Below the pieces are notes generated by a model that was given only the letters and a program-made list of their open reading frames with translations, ran no database searches and was not told where the DNA came from. 64,000 nt of DNA from an uncultured cyanobacterium (GTDB lineage Bacteria; Cyanobacteriota; Cyanobacteriia; Phormidesmidales; Phormidesmidaceae), in NCBI GenBank assembly GCA_963793265.1, contig CAWBZI010000005.1, positions 32,001 through 96,000 of the forward strand, written 5' to 3'. Made by a program: the position numbers and the translations under genes. Numbering within the stretch: the first letter of the stretch is position 1; each line of letters begins with the position of its first letter. Positions 10,525 through 22,383 of the stretch are shown piece after piece.

Positions 10525-12324
10525 ATGTACCCTGATGCCATAGTCGATCATTCTAAAAATAGTCTATCCGTGCCTACTACTGACATGATCGAAAGCGCCA
10601 TTCAAGACGCCGATAGGCTAGCAGCGCTCTACACATACGACGCTATTGGCAAGCCTTCAGAAACCGCGTTTGATGACCTCACTCGGCTGGCCGCTCACAT
10701 CTGCCAAACGCCCGCGGCTAGAACTACACTGGTTGATCATGACTTTCAATATTTTATATCTAGCTTTGGCGTAGAAAAGGCCCAAGAACCTGTAGAAAAA
10801 GGGCTATGTCCCATTGCGGTGTATCAGGCACGGCCCCTCATTATTCTTAATGCCCTAAGCGATGACCGATTCAAAGATCATCCTTTTGTGATAGAGCAGG
10901 GCGTTCGCTTCTATGCGGGCATTCCACTAATAACGCCTGGCGGCCATGCAATCGGGACGCTTTGCGTATTTGACTATCTGGCTCGCGATATCAAGAAGGC
11001 TCAGGTTAGCAACCTGAAGGCACTGGCCCGGCAGGTGATGAGTCAGCTAGAGCTGAGACTTGCCGCTCGCAAGATGGCACAAAATGCGCAGACCCTAGCA
11101 GCGGTTTCGCATGACGTTGCCGCTGAAGTGGGCGATGCCTTTTTCCCGGCTTTGGTGAAGCGATTTACAGAGGCGTTGCGGGTTGATTATGCCTATGTGG
11201 CTCTGGTCAGCAGTGAAGATAGCAATCGGATGAAGACGATTGCTGTGTGCCATAAGGGAGAGATTATAGACAATTTTGAATATGACTTAGCCGGTACGCC
11301 TTGCCAAGATGTTTTGAAGCAGCGTTTAGTATGCTGGCATGGGCGCAATCTAGAAGCGCTCTATCCCGCTGCGCCTCTAATCTCGCCGCTCAATCTTGAG
11401 AGCTATGCGGCGATGCCTATCTTCGATTTGGAAGGTAATGCCTTTGGCGTACTGGCGATTATGCACACGCAGCCTATCGCTAGAAGTCAGCAGGCCGAAG
11501 CTTTGTTAGAAATTTTTAGCCTGCGAATCGCCGCTGAGATAGAAAGGCAGCGAGATCGAGAAAGGCAGCGTTTGATATTAGAGAAAGAGCAGGAGGCTAG
11601 AGAGCTAGCAGAAACCGCTAGCCGGATGAAGGATGAGTTTTTGGCGGTGGTATCTCATGAGCTGCGATCGCCGCTAAACCCAATTGTGGGCTGGTCAAAG
11701 CTGCTGCGCCACGGCTCCCTTAGCCCTGATCGCAGAAACGCCGCGCTCGAGACCATCGAACGAAACGCGCTGTTGCAAGTGAGATTAGTAGACGATTTGC
11801 TAGATGTCTCTCGGATTTTGCGCGGCAAGCTATCGCTGAAAAGAGGCGTGGTGATGCTGAGCGAAGTGATTGCTGCGGCGCTAGAAACGATTCAGCTACA
11901 GGCAGAGGGTAAGGATATTGAGATACAGTCTATTACCTCACTGCCGCATGGCATAGCCGATGAGAGGGTAGATGGCGACAGCGTACGTTTGCAACAGATA
12001 TTTGGAAACTTGCTCTCTAACGCGGTGAAGTTTACACCAGCAGGTGGGAAAGTCACAGTGACGCTCACAGCAGAAGCAGGATTTGCGCAGGTGCAGGTGA
12101 GCGATACGGGTAGAGGCATTAGCGCTAATTTTTTACCAGATGTGTTCGAACGCTTTAGGCAAGAAGACTATTCAACAACGCGCCATTTTGGCGGGCTCGG
12201 GCTGGGCCTAACGATTGTGCAACAGCTCGTAGATCTGCACGGCGGTACGGTCAGCGCTAGCAGCGAAGGCGAAGGCAAAGGCGCGACTTTCATCGTGAAA
12301 ATTCCGCTCGCAAATTGTAAATAA
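10525..12324 (+). CDS. GAF-GAF sensor histidine kinase (no receiver domain)
   Basis: GAF (FYAGIPL...IGTLCVFD), second GAF (GTPC.DV), His[11 protein letters not shown] box [10 protein letters not shown] boxes DTGRG and GLGLGL. Confidence 0.92.
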   Translation: MYPDAIVDHSKNSLSVPTTDMIESAIQDADRLAALYTYDAIGKPSETAFDDLTRLAAHICQTPAARTTLVDHDFQYFISSFGVEKAQEPVEKGLCPIAVYQARPLIILNALSDDRFKDHPFVIEQGVRFYAGIPLITPGGHAIGTLCVFDYLARDIKKAQVSNLKALARQVMSQLELRLAARKMAQNAQTLAAVSHDVAAEVGDAFFPALVKRFTEALRVDYAYVALVSSEDSNRMKTIAVCHKGEIIDNFEYDLAGTPCQDVLKQRLVCWHGRNLEALYPAAPLISPLNLESYAAMPIFDLEGNAFGVLAIMHTQPIARSQQAEALLEIFSLRIAAEIERQRDRERQRLILEKEQEARELAETASRMKDEFLAVVSHELRSPLNPIVGWSKLLRHGSLSPDRRNAALETIERNALLQVRLVDDLLDVSRILRGKLSLKRGVVMLSEVIAAALETIQLQAEGKDIEIQSITSLPHGIADERVDGDSVRLQQIFGNLLSNAVKFTPAGGKVTVTLTAEAGFAQVQVSDTGRGISANFLPDVFERFRQEDYSTTRHFGGLGLGLTIVQQLVDLHGGTVSASSEGEGKGATFIVKIPLANCK

Positions 12325-12479
12325 AAGCCTTTAGCAGTCGTATAATCCCCCAGCAGCCTGTACGGTTGACTACATCGTCGAATGCGTTCTCGATGATAAT
12401 ATTAATTACGTTATATTGCACTTATGCGCATTTTGCGCGTGGGCTTTAAAAGCGCTTAATAATATGGAGGTTCGGTCTG

Positions 12480-13019
12480 GTGAAAGACCCCAATAATAAG
12501 AACTTATCTAGAGATATCTTGGCTGGCGATCTGAGTACTTCTACTAACTTAGAGGGAATTAGTTCAGAGAACCGTAGCCCAGAAGACCGTAGCCTGGAAG
12601 GCAGCAGCTCAGAAGGCGGTGAAGATAATGTTCTAAGCGGACTCCATATTTTGTCGGTAGATGATGATGTCGACTCGCTCGAAATTACGGCCTTTTCGCT
12701 AGAGCAAGCAGGTGCGAACGTCACCAGTGTTGCCTCTGGTGCTGAGGCACTTGAGGCAATGAAAGAACTGGTGCCTGATATGCTGCTGAGTGACGTTGGC
12801 ATGCCTGAGATAGATGGCTATATGCTAATACGGCAGATTCGACAGTTGCCTGAAGATCAAGGGGGTAGCATGTTAGCGATCGCACTTACCGCCTATGCTG
12901 GTGAACTTGATCAGGTACAAGCACTTGAAGCTGGTTTTCAAAGGCATCTGACTAAGCCCGTTGATCCGATGGTGCTAGTTGAGGTGGTTAGGGAGTTGAG
13001 ATATGGCGAGAAGACATAG
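12480..13019 (+). CDS. stand-alone response regulator receiver protein
   Basis: VDDD, LSDVGMP..DG, LTAYA, KP; GGAGG ribosome-binding site upstream of the GTG start. Confidence 0.9.
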   Translation: MKDPNNKNLSRDILAGDLSTSTNLEGISSENRSPEDRSLEGSSSEGGEDNVLSGLHILSVDDDVDSLEITAFSLEQAGANVTSVASGAEALEAMKELVPDMLLSDVGMPEIDGYMLIRQIRQLPEDQGGSMLAIALTAYAGELDQVQALEAGFQRHLTKPVDPMVLVEVVRELRYGEKT

Positions 13020-13093
13020 CGAGAAGAATATTTATATTTTGTAGGTGTAAAAGAAACCGTAGTAGCTTTGATATTGAGTGAGCCTGTTTTTTT

Positions 13094-15145
13094 ATGAAGC
13101 GACCTACGAGCACCCCACCTTATCCCACATTTGTTGAAGGCGGCGAGACTGGGGCGCTGATGCGATCGCACGACTGGACGCGTACGCCACTTGGGGAAGT
13201 AGATAGTTGGCCGCAAAGCCTGCGAACGATGGTCAGCGTAGTGCTAGGTGCTAGCGAGCCAATGCTGATACTGTGGGGGCGATCGCTAACACTGCTGAAT
13301 AACGATAGCAGCGCGGCTGTACTAAGCACTCAACCTTCGCAGATAATCGGCAAGCCTGCCAGGCTGGCGTGGGATGAGATATGGCACACGATAGGGCCTG
13401 TTATAGAACGCGTGATGAACACAGGTGCGGCCTGCGATACTGAACCTTTTCATCTACTTGCAGTGCGCGAACCTAACTGCGCAGACAGCTATTACAGCTT
13501 TAGCTTTAGCCCCATACGAGATGAGACGGGTGGCATAGGCGGCATATTTTGTATCTGTCGTAAAAGCACTGCGGCTAGCGATGCTACGACAGATGCAGAC
13601 CATACAGTAGATGATAAATCAGTGCGTAAGCGGGCTTCAGCTATAGCGGTAAAGCGCGATCGCCGCTTTCGTCGGGTGGTAGAGTCCAACATGTTTGGCG
13701 TGATGTTTGCTCACTTAAACGGGGGCATAAGCTATGCCAACGACTACATTTTGAAGATGTTGGGCTACGATAGCGAGGATTTGTATGCAGGGCAGCTGAG
13801 ATGGGATGAGCTAACAACCCCGGAATTTGCTGACTTAGATAGAAACGCGGTTCAACAAATACAAGAGACAGGCACTTGCGTGCCCTATGAGAAAGTTTTG
13901 CTGCACAAAGACGGACGGCGCATTCCCATTTTAGCGATGGGTGCTAGGTTGCAAGATTCATTCACACAAGACAACGAGGCGATTGCCTTTGTGTTGGATT
14001 TAAGTGAGGTAAAACAGATTACTGATGAGCGCGATCGCTTTTTTGATTTGTCGCCTGATGTCTTTGGTATTGCCGATCCTGATGGCTATTTCACCTACGT
14101 TAGCTCTGCCTGTGAAAGGAATTTGGGCTTTACGGCTGAAGAGATCCTCTCGCAGCCTTTTTTGAGCTTTGTTCATCCTGACGACATTGAGCGCACCACT
14201 GCCTTAGTGCAAGCAATGAGCGAGGGCAATGAAGCGGTTAACTTCGAGAATCGCTACCGACACAAAGAAGGCTATTACATCTGGCTCTCTTGGAACGTGA
14301 CGCCGATGATCCGCGAAAATTCGGTTCAGTTTTACTGTATAGGCCGCAACATGAACGCCTATAAACGAATGCAGTCTGAGAAAGAACAGCTTTTGCTCGC
14401 AGAACAGACGGCTCGCGAAGCCGCTGAACGAGCCAATCGCATTAAAGATGAGTTTTTGGCGGTGGTGTCTCACGAGTTGCGATCGCCACTAAACCCTATT
14501 CTCGGCTGGTCGCAGCTCCTCAGGCGCGGCAATCTCAGCGCCGAAAAAACGCAGACCGCTTTAGACTCAATTGCACGAAACGCGCAGCTTCAGGTGCAGC
14601 TCATTGGCGATTTGTTGGATATCTCTCGGATATTGCGCGGCAAGCTCACGCTCAACAAAGAGCCAGTGGACATCGGCACAGTCGTTGCCGCTGCTTTAGA
14701 AACCGTTGAGCAGTCTGCCGCTACAAAGTCTATTCAAATAGAAACCATTGTTTCGCCTTGTCGCGTGATGGGAGATACCGTTCGCTTACAGCAAGTCGTG
14801 TGGAATCTGCTCTCTAACGCGGTTAAGTTTACGCCTGAAGGTGGCAGCGTTGTTGTTAGAGCGGGCGCTGAAAAGACGCAGGCAAAAATAGAGGTTACTG
14901 ACACGGGCAAAGGCATCGGCGCTGAGTTTTTACCTTTTGTGTTTGAACACTTTCTTCAGGAGGACTATTCAACCACTCGCAAGTTTGGCGGCTTAGGGTT
15001 GGGCCTTGCGATTGTCAGGCAGGTGGTTGAACTTCATCAGGGCAGTGTTACGGTTGCTAGTTCTGGCGAAGGCAAAGGTGCAACCTTTACCGTACGGATA
15101 CCGCTTAGCCCGGCGGATCAAGCCTCAGGTAAGGATGCGCCTTAG
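13094..15145 (+). CDS. PAS-domain sensor histidine kinase (no receiver domain)
   Basis: N-terminal DW..TPLG...WPQSL PAS-like domain, two further PAS domains (VHPDD), SHELRSPL, HATPase boxes. Confidence 0.92.
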   Translation: MKRPTSTPPYPTFVEGGETGALMRSHDWTRTPLGEVDSWPQSLRTMVSVVLGASEPMLILWGRSLTLLNNDSSAAVLSTQPSQIIGKPARLAWDEIWHTIGPVIERVMNTGAACDTEPFHLLAVREPNCADSYYSFSFSPIRDETGGIGGIFCICRKSTAASDATTDADHTVDDKSVRKRASAIAVKRDRRFRRVVESNMFGVMFAHLNGGISYANDYILKMLGYDSEDLYAGQLRWDELTTPEFADLDRNAVQQIQETGTCVPYEKVLLHKDGRRIPILAMGARLQDSFTQDNEAIAFVLDLSEVKQITDERDRFFDLSPDVFGIADPDGYFTYVSSACERNLGFTAEEILSQPFLSFVHPDDIERTTALVQAMSEGNEAVNFENRYRHKEGYYIWLSWNVTPMIRENSVQFYCIGRNMNAYKRMQSEKEQLLLAEQTAREAAERANRIKDEFLAVVSHELRSPLNPILGWSQLLRRGNLSAEKTQTALDSIARNAQLQVQLIGDLLDISRILRGKLTLNKEPVDIGTVVAAALETVEQSAATKSIQIETIVSPCRVMGDTVRLQQVVWNLLSNAVKFTPEGGSVVVRAGAEKTQAKIEVTDTGKGIGAEFLPFVFEHFLQEDYSTTRKFGGLGLGLAIVRQVVELHQGSVTVASSGEGKGATFTVRIPLSPADQASGKDAP

Positions 15146-15163
15146 CCAGTTTCGCACAACGCC

Positions 15164-16186
15164 CTATACATATTCAAAGCTGCTGAAATCTATGTCTGTA
15201 ACGCCATTGAGATAGGCGATCGCATCGCCTTGAGCATAAATCCAAGACCCCAGCTCGTTAGAAGTAGACGAATATTCGCTCGCTGAGCCCTTGAGCTGCA
15301 ACCGATCGACCCCGACCGTAAAGTCATCAATGTAAACAGAATCTGCCCAGCCTTGATCGGTGTAATAGATGCCGTTGCGATCGCCCAGCACAAAGATATC
15401 AGCGCTGCCGCCGCCAAAGGCATAGTCACACCCCCCAAAGCCCAATATCCTATCAACCGTATCGCTACCAATTAGCAGATCATCGCCTATCGAACCGCCC
15501 ACCTCATCAAATTCGCGAATCTCAGGCTGCAATGAAAGCACCGATGGGAGAATAGCGGGAAAAGCGTCTTCGTCTATGGCCGTATCTGTTGGGGCGATCG
15601 CCGCAGATTCGTTGATATAAACGATAGCGCTACTGTCTAAAGCAAAGTCAGTAACATCATTCAGATAGGCCACCGCCGTGCTGCTGTCACCGCCAAACAT
15701 AAGCCAGGTGCCCTCATCTGTCTGTTCTAGCGCGTACAAATCACTGCTGCCAAACAGCACCAGGCTATCTTCTACAGCATCAAATCCGTCAATATAAACG
15801 CTATCGAACCAGCCATCGGAGATGTAGTAGCTGCCATTTTCATCCCCTAAGAAAACGGTGTCTTTACCGGCAGCTACGTTTAAATAGTCTCTTTCAAACG
15901 CACCTCGCTTTCGCGCGTCGGTTGGCAGAATGAAGTTGTCGCCGCTGCCTGCGAGGATAGCATCGTTGCCACCTGCGCCAAAAAAGTTGCTGCTAGCTGC
16001 GGTTCCTTGTAGAAAATCATCGCCGTTTGTGCCGACAATTTGGATAGTGCCGACAGGACGCACGATGCTGAGCTGAGTAGTGGGAAGAACTGTTAGAGAA
16101 GTTGTGCTTACAGAGTCACCGAGTAAATCGTTGAGGAGACTTTCGGCAGGGAGACTGGAAGCAGTGTCGAATTCAGTGATACTCAT
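15164..16186 (-). CDS. RTX/calcium-binding-like protein with two internal repeats
   Basis: G..GDD.L.G nonapeptides; duplicated unit F.LGD.NG.YY...GW.DSVYID.F....D.L.L.GS...Y. Confidence 0.75.
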   Translation of the reverse strand: MSITEFDTASSLPAESLLNDLLGDSVSTTSLTVLPTTQLSIVRPVGTIQIVGTNGDDFLQGTAASSNFFGAGGNDAILAGSGDNFILPTDARKRGAFERDYLNVAAGKDTVFLGDENGSYYISDGWFDSVYIDGFDAVEDSLVLFGSSDLYALEQTDEGTWLMFGGDSSTAVAYLNDVTDFALDSSAIVYINESAAIAPTDTAIDEDAFPAILPSVLSLQPEIREFDEVGGSIGDDLLIGSDTVDRILGFGGCDYAFGGGSADIFVLGDRNGIYYTDQGWADSVYIDDFTVGVDRLQLKGSASEYSSTSNELGSWIYAQGDAIAYLNGVTDIDFSSFEYV

Positions 16187-16237
16187 TTTGAGAATCTGTT
16201 CCTTTTGTGTGCTTGTGTGGACTATGAAGAAATTGTG

Positions 16238-19200
16238 TTAAGAGATAAATACATCTGCAAACTTCTCTCCTAGTGCCAGGTGTCCAGCCGAGGTAAAGTG
16301 AACGCTGTCGGTGTTCACCGGCAGTCCGTCTGTGTCAAACCAGTAGTTTCGCGAATCAGAACTTGCAACCGCGACTTGAGCAGCGCGTACCGTATCAGTA
16401 TCGGTATAGAAGCCGGAGGGCAGCTCCTCATGCAGCCGACCAATTACAAAGTCAAGATCTGAACCATAGCGACTACGAACATCACCAATTAAATTTGTCA
16501 AATTGCTTTGATAGTTCGCTGCCGACGTTGCACTAATCGAGTCGTTTTCACCCTGCATCCACAGCATTCCTTCTACATCGTAGCCAATGCCCGCATTAGT
16601 TAAAACCGTTAGCGCATCGCCTACCCACTGCGTAAAGTTGTCGTACTGATTGCCGCTGCCATTTACGTTCCAGTCAACGTCTAGGCTAGTTGCACCAATC
16701 GCGTATTTAATCAGGTAAATTTCTTCACCGTCTACCGAGCCGCTGGCGTAAGCAGCCGCGAGCTTATGACCAAAGCCAATTTCGGCCCCAAAGCCATCAG
16801 CACCACCAAAATTACCATTAAAACCGGGCACTAGGGCTTCATAGGAATTAGAGCCTCGGTTCCAAAACTGGACGGCGGGCAGCGGATTGCCCTGTGGTTT
16901 GCCATTTAAGAAGGCAACATCGCTGGTGTCACCAGCCATGTTTGACTGACCGCCCAATAGATAGACAGAAACAAGGTTGGTCACTTCGACTTGAATGAAC
17001 TGACTGTCAGACTTGCCAGTGGAGTCAGTAGCTAGAACGTTGATACGATAGATATTGTTGCGATCGCTATCCAAAGCCGTCTCAAAATCGGGCGCAACCT
17101 TAAACGAAATTACCCCGGTATTTTGGTCAATATCAAACAAGCCGCGATCTTCACCGTCATTAATGGTGTAGCTAATACCGTTGCCCTCAGTATCGCCATC
17201 AGCATCAGAGATCTGCATATCTACCGCGAACGTATTGTTCTCCTGCACTCGCACAAAAGCGGAGTTGTTGCCGCCATTGCTCGTAATCACCGGGGCGCTG
17301 CCGCTCTCAGCAATGTTTCTCACCACCACTGAAATAAACTGACTGTCGGCCTGACCGTCCGGGTCTTGCACAAGCACATTGGCAAAATAAACGTTGTTGC
17401 CGTCTGCATCCGCTGGATTCTCATAGTCAGGCGGCATCTTAAAGGCTAACAAACCCGTATTGCGATTAATCTCAAACAAGCCTGCGTCATCGCCCGCATT
17501 AATTGAGTAGGTCAGACCGTTTCCTTCGCTGAAGCCATTACTGCTAGTCGTGGTCACGTCAGTAACAACCGTTGTGCCCTCATCCAAAGTAATCGTTGCC
17601 GTATCGCCACCGCCATTGCTGTTAATCACAGGCGCGCTGACTTCAGCAGTATCAATGACTCGCACATCAATAAACTGAGAGTCTGTTTGCCCAGTTGCAT
17701 CTGTGACTAAAACATCAACGCCATAGATATTGTCGCCGTTGGCATCAGCAGGCGATTCAAAATCAGGTGCATTCTTAAACGAAAGTACGCCCGTATTGCG
17801 GTTGATCCTAAAGAATCTTTGATCTATACCACCTTTAAAGGAATAGGTGATGCCATTGCCTTCTGCTTGCCCATCACTATCGGTCACGCTAAAGTCAGTG
17901 ACAATTTTATTACCCTCTGCAATTTCAACAGCAGCATAAGGATTACCGCCGTTGCTGGTGATCACTGGCGCGCTGCCTGCTACGGCAATATCTTGAACAG
18001 TAACCGCAAGCGATCGCCTGTCCGAGAGCCCCGAATAATCAATCGCTAAAATGCCTACGTCATAAACATTGTCGCGATTAGAATCTATCGGCGTATCGAA
18101 GCTAGGCGCAGTCTTAAAAGAGAGCACGCCCGTGTTGTTGTTGAGATTAAACAAATATGAATCTTGACCGCCGTTGAAGTAATATTCAACGCCATAGCTT
18201 TCGTTAAAGCCGTTTGCCGCGCCCGTCACGCTCAGATCGGTCACAACTGAAGTGCCTTCGTCCACCGAAATATTAGGATTGTTGGTAATGCCAAACTGAC
18301 TAGCGGCCTGCTCCACCGTCACCGCCATCTTTTGCGTATCGGACTGGCCCGTCCAATCAATCGCCAAAATGTTGATGTCGTAAACGTTATTGCGGCCCAC
18401 GTCAGTCGGGTTATCAAAGTCAGGCGTATTCTTGAACGAAACAACGCCGCTATTCACATCAATATTAAACAGATAAGAATCTCTGCCGCCCTGAAAATAG
18501 TATTCAATGCCAAAGCCTTCGGAGTAGCCATTGGCCCCAACAACGCTTACATCAGTGACAAAATCAGTGCCTTCAGCGATCACAACCGACGCGCGAGCGC
18601 GACCGCCATTGCTCGTAATTCTCGGCTTAGCCAACGTGCCGACATAGCTGGTTTGCCCGGCCTCACTAATTGCGAGCCCCGCCTCAATGCTGCCAATCGC
18701 GGCTTCTAAATCCCAATCACCGCCAAGCTGCGCGCTGCCCGTAAGGTCTGTAGACGCCTGAATATCAGCGCCCGTTATCATAGCGAGCTGTTGAATAAAG
18801 CTTTGGCCGATATCACCTTCGGCAACATTGCAACCATAGAGCAACACATCGCCCGTTTGCGAATCGCCCCAGTTATCTATGCGATCGCCGTAGCCTGTGA
18901 GGCTGTCAGCGGTCAATATGGCAGATCCAAGCTGCAATTCTCCCGACTGGCCGTGCGCAAAGATATGAACGCTATCGATGGCGTTACCATCGTTTTTTAG
19001 TTGGAAGAGAACAGAACTAATGGCGATCGCCCCGTCCTGCTCAGCATCAATTAGATAAACGCTCGCCTCACCTAACGACGCAATCAAATCGTCTATATTA
19101 TCCAGACTGCTATCGACAAAAGCGACCTGTGAGCCAGAAGATTGAAGAGCTGGAAGTACGGTCGTTTTTAGACTGGGAGAAAGCGCGATCGCCTGCTCAG

Positions 19201-19246
19201 CAGCAGCAAACGCACCACCGAGGGGGCTTTGAGTGGGGTCTATCAT
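16238..19246 (-). CDS. DUF4347 + five cadherin-like repeats + C-terminal SGNH/SASA (CE6-like) acetylesterase
   Basis: DUF4347 (FVDS, HIFAHGQSG.L.LG, LLYGCNVA, AS.DLTG...GGDWDLE); repeats F.I...TG.LSFK.APDFE.P.D...DN.Y; esterase motifs GQSNM, WMQGEND, DSVHF. Confidence 0.85.
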   Translation of the reverse strand: MIDPTQSPLGGAFAAAEQAIALSPSLKTTVLPALQSSGSQVAFVDSSLDNIDDLIASLGEASVYLIDAEQDGAIAISSVLFQLKNDGNAIDSVHIFAHGQSGELQLGSAILTADSLTGYGDRIDNWGDSQTGDVLLYGCNVAEGDIGQSFIQQLAMITGADIQASTDLTGSAQLGGDWDLEAAIGSIEAGLAISEAGQTSYVGTLAKPRITSNGGRARASVVIAEGTDFVTDVSVVGANGYSEGFGIEYYFQGGRDSYLFNIDVNSGVVSFKNTPDFDNPTDVGRNNVYDINILAIDWTGQSDTQKMAVTVEQAASQFGITNNPNISVDEGTSVVTDLSVTGAANGFNESYGVEYYFNGGQDSYLFNLNNNTGVLSFKTAPSFDTPIDSNRDNVYDVGILAIDYSGLSDRRSLAVTVQDIAVAGSAPVITSNGGNPYAAVEIAEGNKIVTDFSVTDSDGQAEGNGITYSFKGGIDQRFFRINRNTGVLSFKNAPDFESPADANGDNIYGVDVLVTDATGQTDSQFIDVRVIDTAEVSAPVINSNGGGDTATITLDEGTTVVTDVTTTSSNGFSEGNGLTYSINAGDDAGLFEINRNTGLLAFKMPPDYENPADADGNNVYFANVLVQDPDGQADSQFISVVVRNIAESGSAPVITSNGGNNSAFVRVQENNTFAVDMQISDADGDTEGNGISYTINDGEDRGLFDIDQNTGVISFKVAPDFETALDSDRNNIYRINVLATDSTGKSDSQFIQVEVTNLVSVYLLGGQSNMAGDTSDVAFLNGKPQGNPLPAVQFWNRGSNSYEALVPGFNGNFGGADGFGAEIGFGHKLAAAYASGSVDGEEIYLIKYAIGATSLDVDWNVNGSGNQYDNFTQWVGDALTVLTNAGIGYDVEGMLWMQGENDSISATSAANYQSNLTNLIGDVRSRYGSDLDFVIGRLHEELPSGFYTDTDTVRAAQVAVASSDSRNYWFDTDGLPVNTDSVHFTSAGHLALGEKFADVFIS

Positions 19247-19589
19247 ATATTTTTCCTAACTTGAGCGAAAGAAGCCTCAAGTTGAGTGCACACAAAACCT
19301 TGGTGCTTTGCTTGTAGTCGTTGACAAAAAGAAGCACCGAATTGCTAAATTTAATCGTCAGGCGAGTAGTCAAATCAAACGCCATTGATTCAAAATTGTC
19401 TGAAAATGACGATTTAGCTACTGATTAGGACGGAAAGCTCTCATGCGAGTTCCTAAACATACCTAAGCACAATGGCCGAACTTAGCCGATCGTAACGGTG
19501 GCGACACGCCCGCTCCGTAAGCGCCTAAAATACATAGAGTCAAATATGTCACATTCACCCGTCTCGTATCTTTATCATCCTCTGCATCT

Positions 19590-22301
19590 ATGGCTGCTCT
19601 TGAAACGAACCTGGAAAATCGAGCCGATAACTACGGCATTCCTGAGCGGCTAGCCAAACATACCGTGCGCTATGCCGACTACCGCGAGGTCAGCCGCGAC
19701 GATATGACGCCCATGATGCGTCACTACGCGGAGGTGAAAGATCAGCACCCCTACGCCCTATTGATGTACAGAGTAGGCGACTTCTACGAAACCTTTTTTC
19801 AAGACGCTATTACCATTGCCCGCGAGCTAGAGCTAGTACTCACCAGCAAAGATTCGGGCAAAGCCATTGGCCGCGTACCACTTTCGGGCATTCCGCACCA
19901 TGCCCTCGAACGCTACTGCACTCAGCTCGTAGAAAAAGGCTACGCGGTTGCCATTTGCGATCAGGTAGAAGATCCGGCGCAGGCTGTGGGCCTGGTAAAA
20001 AGAGAAGTCACTCGCATTATCACGCCCGGTACCGTAATTGAAGAGGGAATGCTGAGCGCGCGTCACAACAACTTTTTGGCCGCTGTTGTAATTGCAGGCG
20101 ATCACTGGGGCTTAGCCCACGCCGATGTCTCTACAGGAGAGTTTTTTACCACGCAATCTACCGATTTAGATGAGCTAGGCCAAGAGCTTATGCGGCTTCA
20201 GCCTGCCGAGGTGTTAGTGCCCACAAACGTACCAGATTTGGGTGCACTGCTTAGACCTGGAGAGAAGTCTGAACGCCTACCCGACTGCTTGCCGCCTCAG
20301 TTTTGCTATACGTTTCGGGGGCAGGGGCCGTTTACAAAAGTGGAGGCCCAGCAGCGGCTAAAAGAGAGTTTTCGGGTGCGATCGCTCGAAGGCTTCGGCT
20401 GTGCCCGTCTGGCTTTAGCGACCCGCGCAGCAGGCGGTTTGTTGGAATATTTAGAAGACACCCAAAAAGAGACGATTGCACCGCTGCAAAATCTCTCTAC
20501 CTATTCAATCACCGAATTTTTGGTAATCGATCACCAAACCCGGCGCAATCTCGAAATTACCCAGACCTGTCGCGATGGTGCTTATCATGGCTCTTTACTA
20601 TGGGCGCTCGATAAAACCGTTACCGCTATGGGCGGACGGGCCTTACGACGGTGGCTATTGCAGCCATTGCTGAGTATAAAGGGCATCGCCGCCCGGCAAG
20701 ATACTGTTGAAGAGCTGGTGACTAACGGTAACTTAAGACAGCAGCTACAACAGTTGCTCAGACAGATCTACGACCTAGAGAGACTTGCCGGTAGAGCCGG
20801 ATCAGGAACGGCTAACGGTCGCGATTTGGTGGCAATGGCAGACTCTTTTGAGAAGCTGCCTGATTTAGCGGCGCTGATGCACCATGCCACATCGCCCTAT
20901 TTGGTGAAGCTGCAATTTGTGCCACCTGAGCTAGAAGAAATGGGTGGCGTGTTGCGATCGCACCTCGTTGAAACCCCACCTTTGTACCTGACTGAAGGCA
21001 ACCTGATTCGTGACGGGGTAAACACGAAGCTAGATGAGCTGCGATCGCAAGTAACTGCCGACCAGCAGTGGATTGCAAACTTGGAGACGACAGAGCGCGA
21101 TCGCACCGGCATTTCCAACCTCAAGGTTGGCTACACCAAAGCCTTCGGCTACTACATCAGCATCTCCCGCAGCAAATCAGCCCAGGCCCCCAGCGACTAC
21201 ACCCGCAAGCAAACCCTCACCAACGAAGAGCGCTACATCACCGATGAACTAAAGCAGTGCGAAGCCCGGCTCACTACCACTAACGCAGAGATTCAGGCGC
21301 TAGAATACAATCTGTTCATTAACCTGCGCGATCAGGTGAGTGAGCACGTTGCTCTGATCCGAGAGGTTGCCACAAAAGTTGCTGCCGCTGACGTGCTTGC
21401 AGCCCTGGCAGAAGTCGCGATCTATCAAGGCTACGCGCGGCCAGAGATGGTGCAAGGTCGGCCTGTGTTTATTGAAGACGGGCGTCATCCAGTGGTAGAG
21501 CAGTCGCTACCAGCAGGCTTTTTTGTGCCGAATGACACGGGGCTAGGCAGCGTGTCTGGTGAGCCTGAGGCTGAAAAGAACAGAATTACGCCCGATCTCA
21601 TTATTTTGACTGGGCCGAACGCCAGCGGAAAAAGTTGTTATTTGCGGCAAATAGGGCTAATTCAGTTGATGGCACAGGTAGGGAGCTTTGTGCCAGTGAG
21701 GTCTGCAACTTTGGGGGTGTGCGATCGCATCTTTACCCGAGTGGGCGCAGTTGATGATCTTGCCACAGGCCAATCGACCTTTATGGTAGAGATGAATGAG
21801 ACGGCGAATATTTTGAACCATGCGACGGTGCGATCGCTCGTTTTGCTCGATGAAATTGGCCGAGGCACCGCCACCTTTGACGGCCTTTCGATTGCCTGGG
21901 CCGTTGCCGAGCACTTAGCCACCGAAATTAGCGCGCGCACTATCTTTGCCACGCATTACCACGAGCTAAACGAGCTGGCCTCTATTCTCTCAAATGTAGA
22001 GAACTATCAGGTAATGGTAAAAGAGATGCCCGATCAGATTATCTTTTTGCATCAGGTGAGGCCGGGCGGGGCGGATAAGTCTTATGGGATTGAGGCGGGG
22101 CGCTTGGCCGGGCTGCCGCCTTCGGTGATTAGTAGAGCGCGGCAGGTGATGAGCCAAATTGAACAAAATAGTACGATTGCAGTGGGCTTAAGGGAGCCGC
22201 AGCGGGGTGGTGGAAAGCGGAAGAAGAAAGTGGCGGCTGAGGGTGAAAAGGGGGTGAAGGAGCCGGAGGAACAGCTTGATATGTTTGGGAACAGAACGTA
22301 G
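19590..22301 (+). CDS. mutS: DNA mismatch repair protein MutS
   Basis: [50 protein letters not shown]. Confidence 0.98.
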   Translation: MAALETNLENRADNYGIPERLAKHTVRYADYREVSRDDMTPMMRHYAEVKDQHPYALLMYRVGDFYETFFQDAITIARELELVLTSKDSGKAIGRVPLSGIPHHALERYCTQLVEKGYAVAICDQVEDPAQAVGLVKREVTRIITPGTVIEEGMLSARHNNFLAAVVIAGDHWGLAHADVSTGEFFTTQSTDLDELGQELMRLQPAEVLVPTNVPDLGALLRPGEKSERLPDCLPPQFCYTFRGQGPFTKVEAQQRLKESFRVRSLEGFGCARLALATRAAGGLLEYLEDTQKETIAPLQNLSTYSITEFLVIDHQTRRNLEITQTCRDGAYHGSLLWALDKTVTAMGGRALRRWLLQPLLSIKGIAARQDTVEELVTNGNLRQQLQQLLRQIYDLERLAGRAGSGTANGRDLVAMADSFEKLPDLAALMHHATSPYLVKLQFVPPELEEMGGVLRSHLVETPPLYLTEGNLIRDGVNTKLDELRSQVTADQQWIANLETTERDRTGISNLKVGYTKAFGYYISISRSKSAQAPSDYTRKQTLTNEERYITDELKQCEARLTTTNAEIQALEYNLFINLRDQVSEHVALIREVATKVAAADVLAALAEVAIYQGYARPEMVQGRPVFIEDGRHPVVEQSLPAGFFVPNDTGLGSVSGEPEAEKNRITPDLIILTGPNASGKSCYLRQIGLIQLMAQVGSFVPVRSATLGVCDRIFTRVGAVDDLATGQSTFMVEMNETANILNHATVRSLVLLDEIGRGTATFDGLSIAWAVAEHLATEISARTIFATHYHELNELASILSNVENYQVMVKEMPDQIIFLHQVRPGGADKSYGIEAGRLAGLPPSVISRARQVMSQIEQNSTIAVGLREPQRGGGKRKKKVAAEGEKGVKEPEEQLDMFGNRT

Positions 22302-22309
22302 TATCAGCC

Positions 22310-22334
22310 GTAGGGGCGTCACGGCTGTGCGCCC
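22310..22334 (+). repeat. GTAG-type REP-like palindrome
   Basis: GTAG followed by the hairpin GGGCG(T)CAC-GGCT-GTGCGCCC, directly after the mutS stop. Confidence 0.55.
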
Positions 22335-22383
22335 AATGCAATGTTTGCCGTTTCATCAGAAATTCCATTTGGATGTCATTCCC

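Noticed and set aside
19390..19490. c-di-GMP-I riboswitch-like words (GAAA hairpin, GGACGGAAAG, CCTAA...ATGG)
   Set aside because: Spacing does not fit the consensus, a simple TTAGGA/TCCTAA hairpin explains it, and it faces mutS rather than the adhesin-like gene; an Infernal search would settle it
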